Below, piece after piece: positions 13,301 to 23,800 of a stretch of 64,000 nucleotides of DNA (position 1 is the first letter of the stretch; every line of letters begins with the position of its first letter). The stretch covers positions 28,083,648-28,147,647 of the forward strand of contig NC_092673.1 in NCBI RefSeq assembly GCF_964355755.1. The letters run 5' to 3'. A model generated the notes under the pieces. The model did not search any database, was not told the origin of the DNA, and worked only from the letters and a program-made list of their open reading frames with translations. Source of the stretch: Antedon mediterranea. Taxonomy: Eukaryota > Animalia > Echinodermata. A program made the position numbers and the translations under genes.

Positions 13301-16262
13301 CCCCAGAGCTTATGGGGGCCCTCTGAGCAGTGCCTAGAGGAAAAAAATAAGCGTTAAAATATTTAAAATGTTTTACCATTGTACAATTGATAGAAATTTA
13401 TAAATGTTAGAGGTAATTGTACAGTTAGGTAAGATAGTAAAGATGGGATGTTCTTAAGTGAAAATGTGAGTCTTTAGGCTATTTATTCGAAACTGTTCTT
13501 TTTATCTTTGGAATGGACAAAAGTTATGTAAATATTATTTGCTTTGGTTATTTTGAAAATTTAAAAATCGTTTATTTAAAACAAAGTTAAGATTATTGTT
13601 TTAAAAGTAAGTTTGAATCAGTAGAACTACTATTCTGTATTTTTATTTATTTTTTATCACAGACCTTCCAATTGACTGTACAAGTTCAAGCTGCAACGAA
13701 AATGGAAACTGCTCTGTTAGTACATTAGAAGAAATTGTATGCAGGTTTGTGTTGTACTGCTTTATTTGACATGCAATTTTAACTTTATTTCAAAAATGCA
13801 TGTAATGTTTTTAAATAATTTATATTTAACATTTTGTAAGTACTGCAGTTTCTTTATGGAGAGCCAATCGACTGTTGTTTAAGGTGATCCTGCCACATTG
13901 ACTTACTCCTTACCTTCAGGACCCTGTTCTCTTTTATTGTTTATACGGCCTATTTGTTGATGACGATATAAATGATAGGATAGTAAATTACTCCAATATA
14001 TACTCCTGAAAACAATCTATTGTTTCAATTATGAGTGACATAACAGATTATTCACATAAATATTGTTATTTATTTAGTTGTTTTGATGGATTTAATGGTG
14101 ATGCATGTGAAAATTGTGACAACTCCTACTGTAACAATCGCGGAAATTGTTCAGTTGTTGAAGGTACAAGAGAATGCCTGTAAGTATCTTCATTGAAAAA
14201 TGAAACGTTACTGGATTTACTTAAAGATCTTAAGATTTGTGTGAACCCAGGACCCAGTGATAAGTAATGTTTCATAGTCGTCATCAATTGACGAAATAGT
14301 GCAATTTAATTATTCAACAATTCTTAAGTAAAAATTTGAAAAAAATGTCTTTTAAATACAGGTGTATGGAAAATTATAGCGGAGATCAATGTGAAAAAGA
14401 GAGTAAGTGAATTTTATTTTTTGACTACCCAGAAACCCAGATCCCATTTTTATGTTTATACCACAAAATATGAATCTATCAATGATTACTTATACTTGAT
14501 AACGTATAACGGAACGTATTTGTAGACTGGTATCAGAGGAGAAGTAGAAGATGTCTTTCATCTTATTTCTAACTGTCCATTATAATCATAAAAGAAACCT
14601 TTTCATTCTAAATTATTTTTCAAATTTGTTCTAATTTGTTTTATTATTTAAATCTAGAAAACCAAATACGATTAAGTTATCAACAAATTTTATTGTATGT
14701 GCTGTTAAGAAACGAAAACGTTATTTGGCACACTAAGAAATGTTAATGTTTTAAGGCCACGGGTCTATATACGGAATGAAGCCGCTGAGGAGAGTTGAAC
14801 TTTTTTAATGATTTTTTTTCTTCATTTTATTTTCATAGCGGAGCAACTGCCGGTAGCCGTTATCGTCATCGTCGTCATAGTTTTCTTCCTTCTCCTCGTC
14901 CTTTCCTTACTCACCTGTTTTGTTTTCATCATTCGTAAACGAAGACAAGAGATATTCAAACACCATGTCAAAGGTCGCTTTGTTTCAAATCCGGCAGCCG
15001 GTCTACGTTTACCCGAAAGAGATGATGACAGACTCTCGATATCTTCTTACGCCGAGGGTTATAGAAGTGATACAGATAGAATGGCTCATCTAGCAAATGT
15101 TATCAGGAATTCGACGTATTTTAATGTAAGTTTTGAGATACAGTAGAATAGAGCCCCCATTAAGTGAACTTGGACACCAAAGTATCTATCAATAGTGGTG
15201 TGCCCTCACTGAATGAGGATTGCCCATAGTTTTTGTCCCTCGGTCCTTTATGGGGAAATTGTCCTCTTAATATTTTCATTTATTTATTTGACACCAGCAT
15301 TCAATGCGTAACCCTTACATGGGTTGTCCATCCAGTTTGTTTTAACATGTGATTTCAAACTAATGAAGTAGGCCTATTAGCAAGATTATAACTATTATTT
15401 TGTCTATTTATATTGAAGACTTCGAATAAACCCAATCGGCCAAAAAAATATGATTCTGTCTCATCTGACCAATTCATGCGGCCATATGTTGTAACAGGGA
15501 ATGAAGCCAGCTCTTATGAGGTAGGCCTAGGTTCTTTTTTAACAATCCATTTTAATATTGAATTGTATAATAGGAAACCTTTGAGTATTCATTATCTTTC
15601 ATCAATCGTACAGCAATACGTTTTCAGTCTGTTACAGTGAGTCATCATTATCACCATCATAATCACCATCATTGGTTACCCCTCCTCAATCATCATTTTC
15701 CATTTCTCTTGTCTGTAGCTATCGAACAGTTCGCAGTAATCAGATATCTCTTGATGTTATCTCTCCACGTTCTTTTCATTTTTCTCATTACTGTCGAGTA
15801 GAAAAGTTGGTTCCAATTAGGACGCAGCACAAGGATTTAAGCACAACGCAAGTAATTGAACCAATCACAAGCGATGGATTATTCGGCTGTCGTTGGTCAA
15901 CTCGCTTGCGTTGCGTCGTCCTAGCTGCAACCAAGCTTAAATAGTGGTTACTATGCATGACACAGCGATTTTGAAACCGTATATTACGATGCAAGCCCAA
16001 CATAAGTAATTTGACCAATCATAAGCGATGGACTATTCTAACTGTCGGTCGTCATTGGTCAACTCGCTTGCTGTACGTCCTAGCAGGAACCAAGCTTAAT
16101 ATGACGATGCAAGGTTTCTCTTTCATAACTTAACTGTGTTTTCTCATATGAATATAATAATGTTTTTGTGATTTTCAGGAGTATGCCTCAGATACAAGCA
16201 GTGACGATTACCGACAACAACGTGGTAGATTTTCCCAGAACAATCGTAATGGTTACTTTTAG
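195..16262 (+). CDS. Gene 1 (5'-truncated): EGF/SEA-domain transmembrane mucin-like protein, 22 visible exons
   Basis: GT-AG exons join in frame: 195-443, 635-775, 1193-1315, 2484-2612, 3106-3218, 3766-4006, 4507-4647, 5131-5256, 5536-5655, 9487-9615, 10079-10201, 10975-11094, 11249-11371, 11534-11653, 12211-12338, 13008-13239, 13663-13744, 14078-14179, 14362-14402, 14839-15125, 15419-15520, 16179-16262 (TAG). Splice phases are compatible at every junction. Confidence 0.9.
1449..1598. mobile_element. MITE of about 150 bp; related copies or fragments near 1990-2060, 4668-4745, 53400-53425 and 61340-61480
   Basis: TIRs agctctgtctacactatcaaact and agtttgatagtgtagacagaact; dispersed copies within the window. 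Confidence 0.75.
1527..2121 (+). repeat. Direct duplication of about 135 bp (1527-1660 and 1989-2121)
   Basis: Near-identical tagtagtgatatgaaatcatc...agccctattaacgaacactttg blocks about 330 bp apart, spanning a MITE end plus flank. Confidence 0.85.
3106..4006 (+). CDS. Gene 1 first SEA-like domain (exons 3106-3218 and 3766-4006)
   Basis: Cys-free module of about 118 aa between EGFs ([16 protein letters not shown]...[37 protein letters not shown]), split by a phase-0 intron like the second SEA; no GS cleavage motif. Confidence 0.65.
4224..4453. repeat. Intronic minisatellite, 53-bp unit, about 4.3 copies
   Basis: ttgcccaatatggaaacctacctatatagtgcctgWgttgcaatgcctgagta repeated at 4224, 4277, 4330, 4383 and 4436. 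Confidence 0.93.
4507..11653 (+). CDS. Gene 1 array of 8 single-EGF exons (4507-4647, 5131-5256, 5536-5655, 9487-9615, 10079-10201, 10975-11094, 11249-11371, 11534-11653)
   Basis: 6-Cys EGF pattern, mostly with the cbEGF DxDEC/DxNEC start; all phase 1-1, 120-141 nt. Confidence 0.92.
5301..5421. mobile_element. Small palindromic MITE-like element
   Basis: Imperfect inverted arms aaaggccaactcagccagcttcgtacgat and atcatacgatgctatctgaattggctttt, flanked by TA. Confidence 0.5.
5731..6871 (-). mobile_element. Non-autonomous Helitron copy 1 (variant B), 3' hairpin missing
   Basis: Minus-strand start TCTATATATAAATTTACGTAAGGGC at 6871; ends ...GAAATTACTAG|T at 5731; colinear with the other copies. 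Confidence 0.75.
6872..9408 (-). mobile_element. Non-autonomous Helitron copy 2 (variant A), split by copy 3
   Basis: 5' A|TCTATATAT at 9408; 3' hairpin CTAGATGGTACGC-gagcgaagcga-GCGTACCATCTAG ending at 6872; halves 6872-7382 and 8705-9408 join to match copy 4. Confidence 0.85.
7383..8704 (+). mobile_element. Non-autonomous Helitron copy 3 (variant B), nested in copy 2 in opposite orientation
   Basis: 5' TC and 3' CTAG termini, subterminal hairpin, inserted between A and T with no target-site duplication. Confidence 0.88.
10252..10853 (+). mobile_element. Helentron-associated non-autonomous element (HINE/DINE-1-like) with (GT)n microsatellite
   Basis: Subterminal inverted repeats acctccgcc and ggcggaggt, GT microsatellite at 10290-10360, 3' stem-loop gtactctcggagtac, then ttctagtt. 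Confidence 0.7.
10647..10716 (-). pseudogene. tRNA-derived (Glu-CTC-like) cassette or SINE head inside the HINE element
   Basis: Minus strand GACAGTGTGGTGTAATGGTTATGTATCCAGCCTCTCACAGTTGAGATCGCTGGTTCAAGTCCCACTGAGG: A box, B box, CAGTG/CACTG partial acceptor stem, CTCTCAC loop, followed by a T-run. Confidence 0.6.
11755..11822 (+). mobile_element. 3' tail fragment of an L2/CR1-type LINE or related SINE
   Basis: gcaccttgagcact...gtgcgctataaaaat followed by a (TTA)n tail, resembling the L2-type 3' stem-loop end. Confidence 0.45.
12211..13239 (+). CDS. Gene 1 second SEA domain (exons 12211-12338 and 13008-13239) with [15 protein letters not shown] motif
   Basis: SEA hallmarks [13 protein letters not shown]...F and [13 protein letters not shown]; GSIIV at 13077-13091 resembles the MUC1 GSVVV autoproteolysis site. 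Confidence 0.85.
13663..14402 (+). CDS. Gene 1 two juxtamembrane EGF-like domains (exons 13663-13744, 14078-14179, 14362-14402)
   Basis: [12 protein letters not shown]...[12 protein letters not shown] and [12 protein letters not shown]...[12 protein letters not shown], joined across phase-2 introns. Confidence 0.85.
14839..16262 (+). CDS. Gene 1 transmembrane helix and cytoplasmic tail (exons 14839-15125, 15419-15520, 16179-16262)
   Basis: Hydrophobic run [29 protein letters not shown] followed by RKRR stop-transfer; tail of about 125 aa ending NNRNGYF then TAG at 16260-16262. Confidence 0.85.
15803..16098. mobile_element. MITE (15803-15940) plus a duplicated right half (16012-16098)
   Basis: Inverted ends agttggttccaattaggacg and cgtcctagctgcaaccaagct; ttgaccaatca..agcgatgga...gtcaactcgcttgc...aaccaagcttaa occurs twice. 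Confidence 0.55.
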
Positions 16263-16583
16263 ATAGACACTTTTACATGGACAGTAATACGCAAAGAATC
16301 ATTATTGTAAAGTCTTTTGTGACATTTACGCGATAGAGGGCAGTCTATTTAGGGGTGATTTTAAATGTCAAGATGTTTGTATTCTTGCCAGGCTTGAGAC
16401 TTGAAATGAGTCCTTTTTTTAGATTATCATTGCAGTACGTAATAATTATAGTATGCATAGATTATTATAGAGCCTAACTATTTTATAAACATTATTTTAA
16501 CAAAAGTATTATATCATTTATATTTGTATCTATATAAAATATATTTTTGTATTTTAAATAATCAGAAAACAATGTAAATAGAC

Positions 16584-16629
16584 AATAAATTGTTATTTGT
16601 TATTTTCCTAGTATTATAATTTTAATAAA
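16584..16629 (+). promoter_or_regulatory. Candidate polyadenylation signals of gene 1
   Basis: AATAAA at 16584-16589 and 16624-16629 in an AT-rich 3' UTR; the region is very AT-rich, so chance matches are possible. Confidence 0.4.
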
Positions 16630-17082
16630 ACATAAAATGTATTATTAAATAAAATATATTCGAACTGTAGTCAAATCGTGTGTGTAGCCTATCATCTATT
16701 ATTCTATATGATAGGTGTGTACATTTTAAATCTAATAATAAAACTATATTTATATAATAAAACTATACAATAGATGTGTATTAATGTATAAAATGTAATC
16801 ATACTCAGTATTTATGTAATATTAAAATAGTGAATTGAAATATGTAAACTTTTTCAAATATTTAACCTTCAACCTTTTTTAATAAACAAATATAAACCTA
16901 ATGAATAAATGGTTGGTTTTTTTTAATACAATAACATTAATTGCAAGTGGGGCCTGTATTGGTTGACCAATTAGGTACCTTTTTTTGTTACACAAGTAAT
17001 TCTTGCAAAAAATGTGAATTTACATAGAGACGTGCGTTATCATGATTCGAAAAAAGTAAGTAGTAGAAGAATTGTATAGTAT

Positions 17083-17993
17083 ACAAATAATGAATGTTTA
17101 TGAGTGTAATGGTACAAATAATGGCACGAGGTGAATGATGAAAGGTTATATCAACGAGGCGATGAGCCGAGTTGATATAACCTTTCATCATTTACCAAGT
17201 GCCATTATTTGTACCATTACACGAATACAAAACATTCATTATTTGTTTTATATAACATCTAAATAAATTCTAGTTATTTGAATCAAATAAAAGGTAGCCC
17301 TAACCAAAGCTTACTACATTTCATTCACACACATTGATTAAAAACAGTAACATTTGGTTTTTAATAATTTTATATTAAATGTTATATTTATATGGATTTC
17401 GTAAACACACCTACTTTTGTGTTAATTATGTCAACAAACGACCAAACAATCCTAGGCCTAGCAAGGCTAAAACGCCTAGGCTATGCCTAGCCTAATACTA
17501 GCATGGCCTAGGCTACCCTAGTAGCCTTAGTACTAGCTTGGCTGAAAGGCAAAACTTCGACAGACAATTGGAACTTATCTAAGCTAATTATGTTTTTTCC
17601 AACAATTCCACGTCTTGTAGGGATGTCCCCATTAATTAATCAAAATCCTAAAAACGATCTAAAGCTAATTTAAATGCATTTTTGAATGAAATTAGTACAT
17701 AATGTCCAAATCGTACACAAATATCTGCTGCTGTTGCATATCTCGCGGTGGTGTTTACAAATGAAACTGAGACCAGACGACAGGTGGCGCTGTTGTATTT
17801 CACAGTACAGAGCCATATCATAGGATAATTTGTGTACTAGATTTTTTTTCATCCGCGAGACGTTTTTTTTTTCGTACACAAAAATGTTTCAAAAAGTACT
17901 ATTTAACGATCGTTGAATAGTGCGTACTATTGCACGCCATGTGACCCACAATCGTCCAATCAAATGACAGGAATTTATTTAGGTGTTATATAA
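17083..17993. mobile_element. Non-autonomous DNA element with a terminal long hairpin and inner inverted repeats
   Basis: 164-bp near-perfect palindrome at 17083-17246; 17248-17270 is the reverse complement of 17971-17993 (22 of 23 bases). Confidence 0.6.
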
Positions 17994-18771
17994 TATAAAA
18001 TAGGCCTACTCGTTAAATAAAAACATCCGAATGTTACGTACCATTTATAACCTATTTTACTTACTGTAGGCCTACGCCACCCACTCAAGTTTTCCCCATA
18101 TGATAGAACATGCAATAGAATATCAGAGGGACACACAAGCATTGCTTTAGATTAGATGTCCAAGATCAAGGTAAATGAAGGTAAATCCAGACTGTGTTCG
18201 TGATTCTTAGTAGCGGTCAGAGATCAGGAAACAAATGTGAGAACGTCTTATTATAATACTAAAAGGTACGCATTAAGAAATCCGCTTACTCCAATTATTA
18301 GTTAAATACAAACCATAAACATCGTAACTCATTTATTTGTTTTGTTTCTTTTTAAATCCCCGTAGGCCTACGTTGATCCTAAACAACGCAACACATACAA
18401 GATAGGCCCATTCATTACGTAACAGGTGACCATATTTGCATGGAATTTCACGTGTTCCATGGATGGCATGTATGTTTTAATTCTTTTATTTCCAGACGGT
18501 GACGATACGAACACGAATGTTTGTTATGGTGTGATATGTAGGCCTATTAACTGGGGTATTCGTTTTAATTCCTCTATTTCCAGGGGGTGATGACACCAAC
18601 ACGAATGCTTCTTTTTCGGTAAGTACGGCCTACGTTAATTGTTTTCTCGTTTTAAACATAGCTTCAAACTGAGTGAATTTATTTTGTATCGAACGGTAAA
18701 CTTTATCTTTTGTGCAGGTGTTGAATGTATTGTGTGCATATCGTGACGTATTTCCGCGTCGACGTTGTCAT

Positions 18772-19508
18772 GGCACTAGTATAGCTTATAGTACAATATT
18801 TGAAGCTAATAATAATTCTGAGTCTTGTGTGATATTATAGTACATTGAGTCATAACATATGGATTCCTTTGGTGCACTAATCCAAAAACGTCTTCCGCAC
18901 GATATTGTTCCTATTCTAAGTGCATGGAGGAAACTACTTTTTTTCACATTTATACTTGTAAAATCTTTATCTCGCATAGTATACATTAGTTCTCATACTA
19001 TGTTGAAGCTAAGGTATTGTACTTTCTGACTATGTATTTAAAAAATAAATTTTTGATAGCTGGAAATCGCGAATTTACATTAAACATACCCTGTCCCGGC
19101 CAAAAAACAGCCGATTCCTGTGTGAAATTCGCGTTTTTCGCTGATGTATAGTTTTGAAATTGCCACAACTTTGAACAGCGTCCTCTTAAAACTTAGTTCT
19201 TTTAACATCGTAGTCTCCTATACAGTGGCTTTCTAACCATGTAAAATTTTTTTTGATTGGATTATGGTGAGACCCGCGAAAATTTGATTACTAAACAGCA
19301 TATTTTTGGGAAATTCCGCGCGAAATTCTCTTATGTGTACTATTGGCCTGTGTTTGATACCCAAATGTGAGTATATTCTGCTTATTTTCATTACAATTTG
19401 TTAATCAATATTGTAGTTAAAGTCATATAAAATAATTCTGTGTAATTTTTTTAGAGAAAATACGCAATAATACCACCTAAATAGTCTATAAGCTACTAGC
19501 CCTTTTAA
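18772..19508. mobile_element. Degenerate TIR element (Kolobok-like TTAA end)
   Basis: ctagtatagcttatag on the left versus ctataagctactagcccttttaa on the right. Confidence 0.4.
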
Positions 19509-20788
19509 GTGTATACAACAAATTTCGCATCGGCCATTGTCTAACATAGGCTAGGCTAGGCTGGATTGGTAGCGGGTTATTCCATTTTATCAAAGGGAAA
19601 TATAATGAACATAAGTAGGCAATAATTATGTTTCTTCTTAGTAAAGTTAGAATTAATATATCTAAGGGACTATTTAACAGTGATTTGGACTATATATATG
19701 ACCTTTTTATACATATATATTATGTGGTGGTTTCTATAAAGTTTGAATTGAAACTGGCCTACCTGTTTATTTGCAATTTGTTCATTTGTTAATTGGTGTG
19801 AGAATATGAACTTAATACTTAATATTACTAAAACCAAAGAGATGATAATAGATTTTCGTAAAACCGCAGTTGAACATAATGTAATAACTATTTAAGAAAC
19901 CGAGGTTGAAATTTCTTGAATCTTAAATCAATTCAATTGACCTTATAAACAATTTACCTATTTTGAGAATGGAATAGTCTAAACAGTACACTGCTCAGCA
20001 GAATATTTGTGGCTGTGTGCACTGATCTGTGACGAGTGCCAAAATAGCTGTTTTCTGAATTGTCCTTTTTCGCTAAAAGGAATTCATATGACGTATGCTT
20101 TAAAACGCAATTGTATAATATATAAGGTTATTCGTGACAATATATGAACATCTGTGAGCGAGAAGTCAATTTAGCAGGACGTGATATTGATCTCTCCTCC
20201 TACGCGGTTCTACCATCATGTAGTCGACAGTAATTAGAGTCTGTTCGAAATTTGTAAACAATTGTTTTACACTAATACATACTTACCAAGGAATACTTAC
20301 CAATAATATATTTATTTAATACCTATACTGGCAATATAGCAATTCCATCTAATACCTCCAATATACATAATTATACATACTTTAAGTAGGCCTCCTGATA
20401 ACACTTACTCCAATTAAACGCCATTGGGAGAAGAGGTTATGAAATTATCAGTAGCAAAAATCCAATTATGAACTGGGTAACAAGACAAGGTCTTTTGTAT
20501 CGAATCTAACAATGACATTTGCATAACCCTGAATCGCGTACAATCGTATGTGTAAAACATAAAATAAACAAATTATTCGTGCTGTTCGTCACCATAGTAA
20601 CCCTTAAACGGTAGTTTCCTCGGTGGAATCACAAGCGCCAGTCTACTGTAATGTAAGCACGTAATGCCGGATCGATTTGACACGAACATTGTGAAATTCT
20701 GGATGCTAATTTGTATATGGACACATCATTTTATATGAAATATTATATTAATATGACAGCGTTTTGATAACGAAGATAATGTACTGAA

Positions 20789-20864
20789 ATGGGTATATCC
20801 CTTCTGAACTTTACGCAATTTGTTTTAATTGGATTTATATTAGTGATTACCTATCAATCTAAAG
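20789..20864 (+). CDS. Candidate first coding exon of gene 2 (signal peptide A)
   Basis: [25 protein letters not shown] followed by a strong phase-1 donor AAG|gtatgt, in phase with the acceptor at 27110. Confidence 0.6.
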
Positions 20865-23800
20865 GTATGTTAGATAGGCCTAATTAATGATAATATAGAA
20901 CAGAATTTTCTTTTCAATCATATCCCACGTGTTACAAGAATTTGGAATAACTTACTTAGTGAAATTCGTAAATTAGATATATCTGTTTTTTCTTTTAAAA
21001 CCAAATTACTAAAATATCTAAATATTTATTTTTTAAATAATTTTCATGTTGACAAAAATTCTTTAAAATTATAGAATTTAATTATTTTGTTAACTTATTT
21101 GGGTTGACAAACTAGCATAGGTGGTAGCACCTGTTTGGTCTTTCCATGCCTTTGATATTTCGTCTTTTCTTTGCAATATGGCAGAAATTGAAAAAATTAA
21201 TAAAAATAATACAATAAATGTCAAACCCGTGATCCAAAATGGGAAAAGGGGGTTGGTGATAGTGCCTATATTATTATATTTAAAAGTCTGGAGGATGTTG
21301 AGCGGGTGTTGTTTTTAGGACGTTAAATGAGTACAACCAAAGTTTACGATAAAGTTAGTAAGTTGTTGGTGACTACAAATCAAATCAATTTATTTATGGA
21401 AAGATTATGTTTACGTCTTCACTTCCGTACACTTAATTTAGACTATAGACTATTAAGCAGAGTACCTTCGCCACCCATGTTGTCGCACTGTATTTATAGA
21501 GTAGGCCTAATCTAATTCATTTCCTTTATTTCGGATAGTTCATCCATATACAAATCATACAAAACAAAAAGAGAGCAACATTCACCAGGAAATTAACAAT
21601 AGCAACTTCCAAAAAACAACCTACAATATCTTAAAATATCCGAGTCAATTTGCACCAACGTTGATTTACGTTGGATTATATGAATATATAAAAAAACACG
21701 AGTAACTACATAATAAGAAAAACTAATTTCTTGATATCAACCACGCATTAGCTTGCAGATCACCATCTTCGTTTCCATAGACTTTTAACAAAACTGTGTT
21801 GATACAGAGTATCTCGTGCGGATCTTCGTCTTGTTATTTGATTAAAGTGATTAAATTAGCTATTATCTGAGATTATTATCAATCCAGTTGTGTTATGCTC
21901 ATCAATTACTTTTAAAAGTAGCAAAATACAGTTACAAATAATATAATTCGACATACGTAGATCAAATTGGAACTTTCCATTTTGGTGCTTCGTACAGTAG
22001 GCCTAAGTAAATTTACAAAGGTTCATTTTATCTTATTATGTTTCCATTTTGGTGCTTCGTACAGTAGGCCTAAGTAAATTTACAAAGGTTCATTTTATCT
22101 TATTATGTTTCCATTTTGGTGCTTCGTACAGTAGGCCTAAGTAAATTTACAAAGGTTCATTTTATCTTATTATGTTTCCATTTTGGTGCTTCGTACAGTA
22201 GGCCTAAGTAAATTTACAAAGGTTCATTTTATCTTATTATGTTTCCATTTTGGTGCTTCGTACAGTAGGCCTAAGTAAATTTACAAAGGTTCATTTTATC
22301 TTATTATGTTTCCATTTTGGTGCTTCGTAGAGTAGGCCTAAGTAAATTTACAAAGGTTCATTTTATCTTATTATGTTTTCATTTTGGTGCTTCGTACAGT
22401 AGGCCCAAGTAAATTTACAAAGGTTCATTTTATCTTATTATGTTTCCATTTTGGTGCTTCGTACAGTAGGCCTAAGTAAATTTACAAAGGTTCATTTTAT
22501 CTTATTATGTTTTCATTTTGGTGCTTCGTACAGTAGGCCTAAGTAAATTTACAAAGGTTCATTTTATCTTATTATGTTTTCATTTTGGTGCTTCGTACAG
22601 TAGGCCTAAGTAAATTTACAAAGGTTCATTTTATCTTATTATGTTTTCATTTTGGTGCTTCGTACAGTAGGCCTAAGTAAATTTACAAAGGTTCATTTTA
22701 TCTTATTATGTTTTCATTTTGGTGCTTCGTACAGTATGCCTAAGTAAATTTACAAAGGTTCATTTTATCTTATTATGTTTTCATTTTGGTGCTTCGTACA
22801 GTAGGCCTAAGTAAATTTACAAAGGTTCATTTTATCTTATTATGTTTTCATTTTGGTGCTTCGTAGAGTAGGCCTAAGTAAATTTACAAAGGTTCATTTT
22901 ATCTTATTATGTTTCCATTTTGGTGCTTCGTACAGTAGGCCTAAGTAAATTTACAAAGGTTCATTTTATCTTATTATGTTTCCATTTTGGTGCTTCGTAG
23001 AGTAGGCCTAAGTAAATTTACAAAGGTTCATTTTATCTTATTATGTTTTCATTTTGGTGCTTCGTACAGTAGGCCTAAGTAAATTTACAAAAGTTCATTT
23101 TATCTTATTATGTTTCCATTTTGGTGCTTCGTACAGTAGGCCTAAGTAAATTTACAAAGGTTCATTTTATCTTATTATGTTTCCATTTTGGTGCTTCGTA
23201 CAGTAGGCCTAAGTAAATTTACAAAGGTTCATTTTATCTTATTATGTTTTCATTTTGGTGCTTCGTACAGTATGCCTAAGTAAATTTACAAAGGTTCATT
23301 TTATCTTATTATGTTTCCATTTTGGTGCTTCGTACAGTAGGCCTAAGTAAATTTACAAAGGTTCATTTTATCTTATTATGTTTCCATTTTGGTGCTTCGT
23401 ACAGTAGGCCTAAGTAAATTTACAAAGGTTCATTTTATGTTTTCTATAAAAATTCTGTCTTTAGAAAAGGCTTTCAGTCCATGAGAATATTGTATGTCTT
23501 TATAATATTGGTTTGTATTACCAGACATTGTCATAATCAAGGTTACATCATTATTCTGATATATTATTGTGTATACTTTTGTAGGATGTATTTATTAACT
23601 AGAAATGTTATGAAATCGTGTTTTATGTTTGTAGGTTTCCTTGTCAACATTCTGTGTCTCTTTCATTAATCACCCATTTATAAATTCTCTGCTTTTATTT
23701 TATTGTATTGTCTAACAATTAAAACTGACACTGTTGCAGCCTAATTGTTGTAAAATAAGAAAAATCATTAGCTTACTGTTTGCATGCAGAAGATACCGAT

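Noticed and set aside
16263-20788. Additional protein-coding gene between genes 1 and 2
   Set aside because: Only short ORFs without recognisable motifs are present, mostly within repeats.
21974-23438. CRISPR-like regular array
   Set aside because: The units are contiguous and near-identical with no unique spacers, no cas genes are present and the context is eukaryotic; it is a minisatellite.
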